A DNA stretch of 63,520 bases, counting the filler. It is 3 parts of 3 records of this genome, joined end to end, with 100 filler letters (N's around TTAATTAATTAA, not from the genome) between each part and the next. Parts side by side here need not be neighbours in the genome. Positions count along the whole stretch, not along the records: positions 40,903 to 63,520 come from SRR20825006_3098; 2 more parts are not named here. One strand, 5' to 3'. This document shows positions 60,665-63,520 of this stretch, one piece after another. How positions within the stretch are numbered: position 1 is the first letter of the stretch; every line of letters starts with the position of its first letter. The position numbers and the translations under genes are program-made. Below the pieces are notes generated by a model. The model saw nothing but the letters and a program-made list of their open reading frames with translations. It was not told the origin of the DNA and searched no databases.

Positions 60665-62896
60665 TTAAAACCAAAAACCAATACTAATTGTAAACAAGGT
60701 ATCATCTGTTTCTGGAGACCAATTAACTTTAGCTTGTAATGGCCCTATAAAAGACTCGTAGCCATACCCCACACTATAACCTGTATAAGTTGGCAGAGTA
60801 AACCATTCTCCTCTTTCAAAAATATTATCTCCAGCATTTGCTACATTGGCAGTAAAGTTTAAATGATTTTGTTTTACAAATTCCCAATCAACATTAAAGG
60901 TAGCTTTAACAAAGCTATCTCCCCCAAAGCTTAAATAATCATATCCTAAAAAAGGGGTTATGTTGTTTATAAAATCATTACCCCATCCTCCAAGAATAAA
61001 ATCAAAGGAGTTTACTTCTGTATCTCCAAATTTAAATCCTCCTTCAGCAAAAAAATCAAACGAAAGATTTTTATAAATTGGTGTTGCAAATCCCATTTTA
61101 GCTTTAGCTACTGAAAACTCACTAAAATCATTAGAAATATTAGTAGACAATAAATATAAATGAAAATCGCCGTCAAAGTAAAACCCTTTTGAGGGGAAGT
61201 ATTTATTGTCTAATGAATCAAATTTTAAAAACCCATAGGTACTAAAATAATTATCATTTTCAAGAACAATTTCATCTCCTTCATCATCTGCAATCGTTTC
61301 GGTTTCAATTTTTAGAAACTTATGCTCAAGTCCAACCCCAAAAGTAAACTCTTCTTTCCAGACCGTTTGCATATATACCTGATTGGTAATATCCGACAGT
61401 TTAACGTCTAGTTTATTAACTTCTGGTAGCGGTGGATCTCCAGCTTTCTCTTCTACAAAATCAAAACTTACATTCCTATCAAATGAATTATAGCGCGATT
61501 TTAAACCAAAACTCCAATAAAATCCTTTATCCACATAGTATTCTAAATTATAACGGATATTATCTCCCACAATAAAATCTACATACATATTATCGTCATC
61601 AAAGAAGAGGTGTTTTTTGGTAATATTTAGCAATGCAGCGGTTTTATATAATCCATCATAATGTACTCCTAACTTCAAAAACATGTCTGTATGCCTTTCT
61701 ACTATAGGAACTGTAAGTTGATATCCCTCTTTATTCGGTCTTAACTCATAGCGCACACTATTAAAGTTATTGGTTGCAGCTAGATTACTCATCCCTTGAT
61801 TTATTTTATCAAAAGTTGTGTATTCCTCTGTTGTATATCTTAATTTTCCTTTTAGATAAGCACGTGTAAATTTATCATTCCCTTCAAAAGACAATCTATC
61901 AATTAAAAAGCTATCAACAATTTTTCCAGGATAACGCATTACAGGTTTTTTAATCTGAAGTTGCGCAATACTATCCAATGTTCCCTTTTTTTCTTCCGCA
62001 GCTACATACCCACTTTCTATAATTTCTTTTCCTTTACCAAAAGACAAAACACTGTAAGGCTTTATATTAGGCTTTATATGAAGGTCCGTTTTTTTTAACT
62101 TCTCCTTCATTGCATTAATAGTATTGTAATAATTTATCTGCACCAAAACATCGGTAGCAGAACTCAGTTCGTCTCGAGTAGCTAACGAATCTTGAACATC
62201 TACCCCAATAATTATATCGGCTCCCATCTCTTTAACCTCATCAACTGGATAGTTATTTATAACTCCCCCATCTACCAACACCCTATCATCATTAAATACA
62301 GGCTCAAAAAAAGAAGGAATTGCTGCACTTGCAGCCAAGGCTCTTGGCAGGTATCCTTTATCTAATTTTATTGGATCGCCTGTTTCTACATCTGTTGCCA
62401 TACAGAAAAAGGGAATAGAGAGGTCGTTAAAATCTTCTACATCATTTACATTAAACAACAGTTGAGATAGTAGGTTGTATAAATTTTGCCCTTTGGACAA
62501 AGAAGTAGGAAACGATAATCTAAACTTATTAAACGGCAAGGCAACCGCATATTTTTCATAACTATTTTTCTCATAAAAAGACATAGCAGAACGAGGAATT
62601 CTATCTTGCAGTAAAACGTCAAAATCGGTTTCTTGAAAAATAGAATCCAATTGTTTTGGAGAATATCCAGCCGCATAAAGCGCCCCAACAATAGCCCCCA
62701 TACTTGTTCCTCCAATATAATCTACTCTAACTCCTGCCTCTTCTATTGCCTTTATAGCGCCAATATGCGCTAAGCCTTTTGCGCCCCCTCCGCTTAAAAC
62801 CAATCCTACTTTTGCATCTTTTTTGGTTTCATTTTGAGAAAACCCCAAGAATGAGAAAAGAAAAACTATTAAAAACAACCTATTCCTTATAAACAT
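60665..62896 (-). CDS. Patatin-POTRA-Omp85 phospholipase (PlpD / type Vd-like)
   Basis: Signal peptide, GGGAKG, GTSMG, DGG, then POTRA and a barrel ending in GFWF. Confidence 0.88.
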   Translation of the reverse strand: MFIRNRLFLIVFLFSFLGFSQNETKKDAKVGLVLSGGGAKGLAHIGAIKAIEEAGVRVDYIGGTSMGAIVGALYAAGYSPKQLDSIFQETDFDVLLQDRIPRSAMSFYEKNSYEKYAVALPFNKFRLSFPTSLSKGQNLYNLLSQLLFNVNDVEDFNDLSIPFFCMATDVETGDPIKLDKGYLPRALAASAAIPSFFEPVFNDDRVLVDGGVINNYPVDEVKEMGADIIIGVDVQDSLATRDELSSATDVLVQINYYNTINAMKEKLKKTDLHIKPNIKPYSVLSFGKGKEIIESGYVAAEEKKGTLDSIAQLQIKKPVMRYPGKIVDSFLIDRLSFEGNDKFTRAYLKGKLRYTTEEYTTFDKINQGMSNLAATNNFNSVRYELRPNKEGYQLTVPIVERHTDMFLKLGVHYDGLYKTAALLNITKKHLFFDDDNMYVDFIVGDNIRYNLEYYVDKGFYWSFGLKSRYNSFDRNVSFDFVEEKAGDPPLPEVNKLDVKLSDITNQVYMQTVWKEEFTFGVGLEHKFLKIETETIADDEGDEIVLENDNYFSTYGFLKFDSLDNKYFPSKGFYFDGDFHLYLLSTNISNDFSEFSVAKAKMGFATPIYKNLSFDFFAEGGFKFGDTEVNSFDFILGGWGNDFINNITPFLGYDYLSFGGDSFVKATFNVDWEFVKQNHLNFTANVANAGDNIFERGEWFTLPTYTGYSVGYGYESFIGPLQAKVNWSPETDDTLFTISIGFWF

Positions 62897-62904
62897 ACCC
62901 CTAA

Positions 62905-63520
62905 TTATTTATGAAAAGCTTGATAAATTTTTTGAGCTTTCGATTTCCCTACTACCTCTGTAATTTGCTCCAATGGAGCTTCTTTAATTCTTTTAACCGA
63001 TTTAAATTTTTTCAATAAATCGTTTGCCGTTTTTTCTCCTATCCCTTCAATATTTTCTAATTCCGAATTAATAGCGGCTTTACTTCTTTTATTTCTATGA
63101 AATGTAATTCCAAACCTATGCGCTTCGTTTCGCAAATACTGAATAATCTTTAACGTTTCCGATTTTTTATCTAAATACATCGGAATCGAATCTCCAGGAT
63201 AATAGATCTCTTCTAAACGTTTTGCTATTCCAATAATTGCAATTTTGCCTCGTAAGCCTAAAACATCTAAACTTTTTAATGCTGAAGAAAGCTGCCCCTT
63301 TCCTCCATCTATTACTATTAATTGCGGCAAAGACTCCTCTTCTTCCAACAATCTTTTATAACGTCTAAAAACAACTTCTTCCATAGACGCAAAATCGTCT
63401 GGCCCTGTTACTGTTTTTATATTATAATGGCGATAATCTTTTTTACTTGGTTTCCCATCTTTAAAAACTACACATGCTGCCACTGGATTTGTTCCTTGAA
63501 TGTTTGAGTTGTCAAAACAC
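62905..63520 (-). CDS. uvrC: Excinuclease ABC subunit C (5' end outside the window)
   Basis: FDNSNIQG, DDFASM, IDGGKGQ, RNEAHRF and HhH GIGEK. Confidence 0.96.
   Translation of the reverse strand, partial: CFDNSNIQGTNPVAACVVFKDGKPSKKDYRHYNIKTVTGPDDFASMEEVVFRRYKRLLEEEESLPQLIVIDGGKGQLSSALKSLDVLGLRGKIAIIGIAKRLEEIYYPGDSIPMYLDKKSETLKIIQYLRNEAHRFGITFHRNKRSKAAINSELENIEGIGEKTANDLLKKFKSVKRIKEAPLEQITEVVGKSKAQKIYQAFHK

Noticed and set aside
1-63520. tRNA, rRNA, integrase, transposase or phage genes
   Set aside because: None were recognised in any fragment.

Overview
This window is not one genomic locus. It joins three unrelated fragments with artificial 100-nt spacers (N44-TTAATTAATTAA-N44 at 16644-16743 and 40803-40902). 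Fragment 1 (1-16643) is GC-rich and looks Myxococcota/Bradymonadia-like. It carries gcvH-gcvT-folD, a TroABCDR-like Mn/Zn/Fe ABC operon with a DtxR/MntR repressor and a clear operator, a ~1740-aa TPR protein, an HExxH peptidase, an Rrf2 regulator with an SDR, and a DivIVA-domain gene. Fragment 2 (16744-40802) is alphaproteobacterial (Hyphomonadaceae/Caulobacterales-like) origin-proximal housekeeping DNA: ftsK, amtB, ubiH-like, cnoX, lolA, xth, yggS, leuS-lptE-holA, and parB-parA-rsmG-mnmG-mnmE with two perfect parS sites. Fragment 3 (40903-63520) is AT-rich and Flavobacteriaceae-like. It has a DUF1778/GNAT toxin-antitoxin pair with tandem operators, then a candidate extracellular-nucleic-acid utilisation locus, then a second TonB receptor, pgi, an M23 peptidase, kynA, DUF3108, hppD, hmgA, a patatin-Omp85 gene and partial uvrC. 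The candidate locus is a TonB-type receptor that appears to lack its plug, a triple-DUF5689/lamin-tail lipoprotein and a secreted EEP nuclease. The best leads are that locus, the apparent in-frame plug deletion in its receptor, and a complete unannotated ~100-nt sRNA (57902-58002, minus) whose core is antisense to Bacteroidota start-codon regions. Taxonomic and family calls come from motif recognition only; no searches were run.
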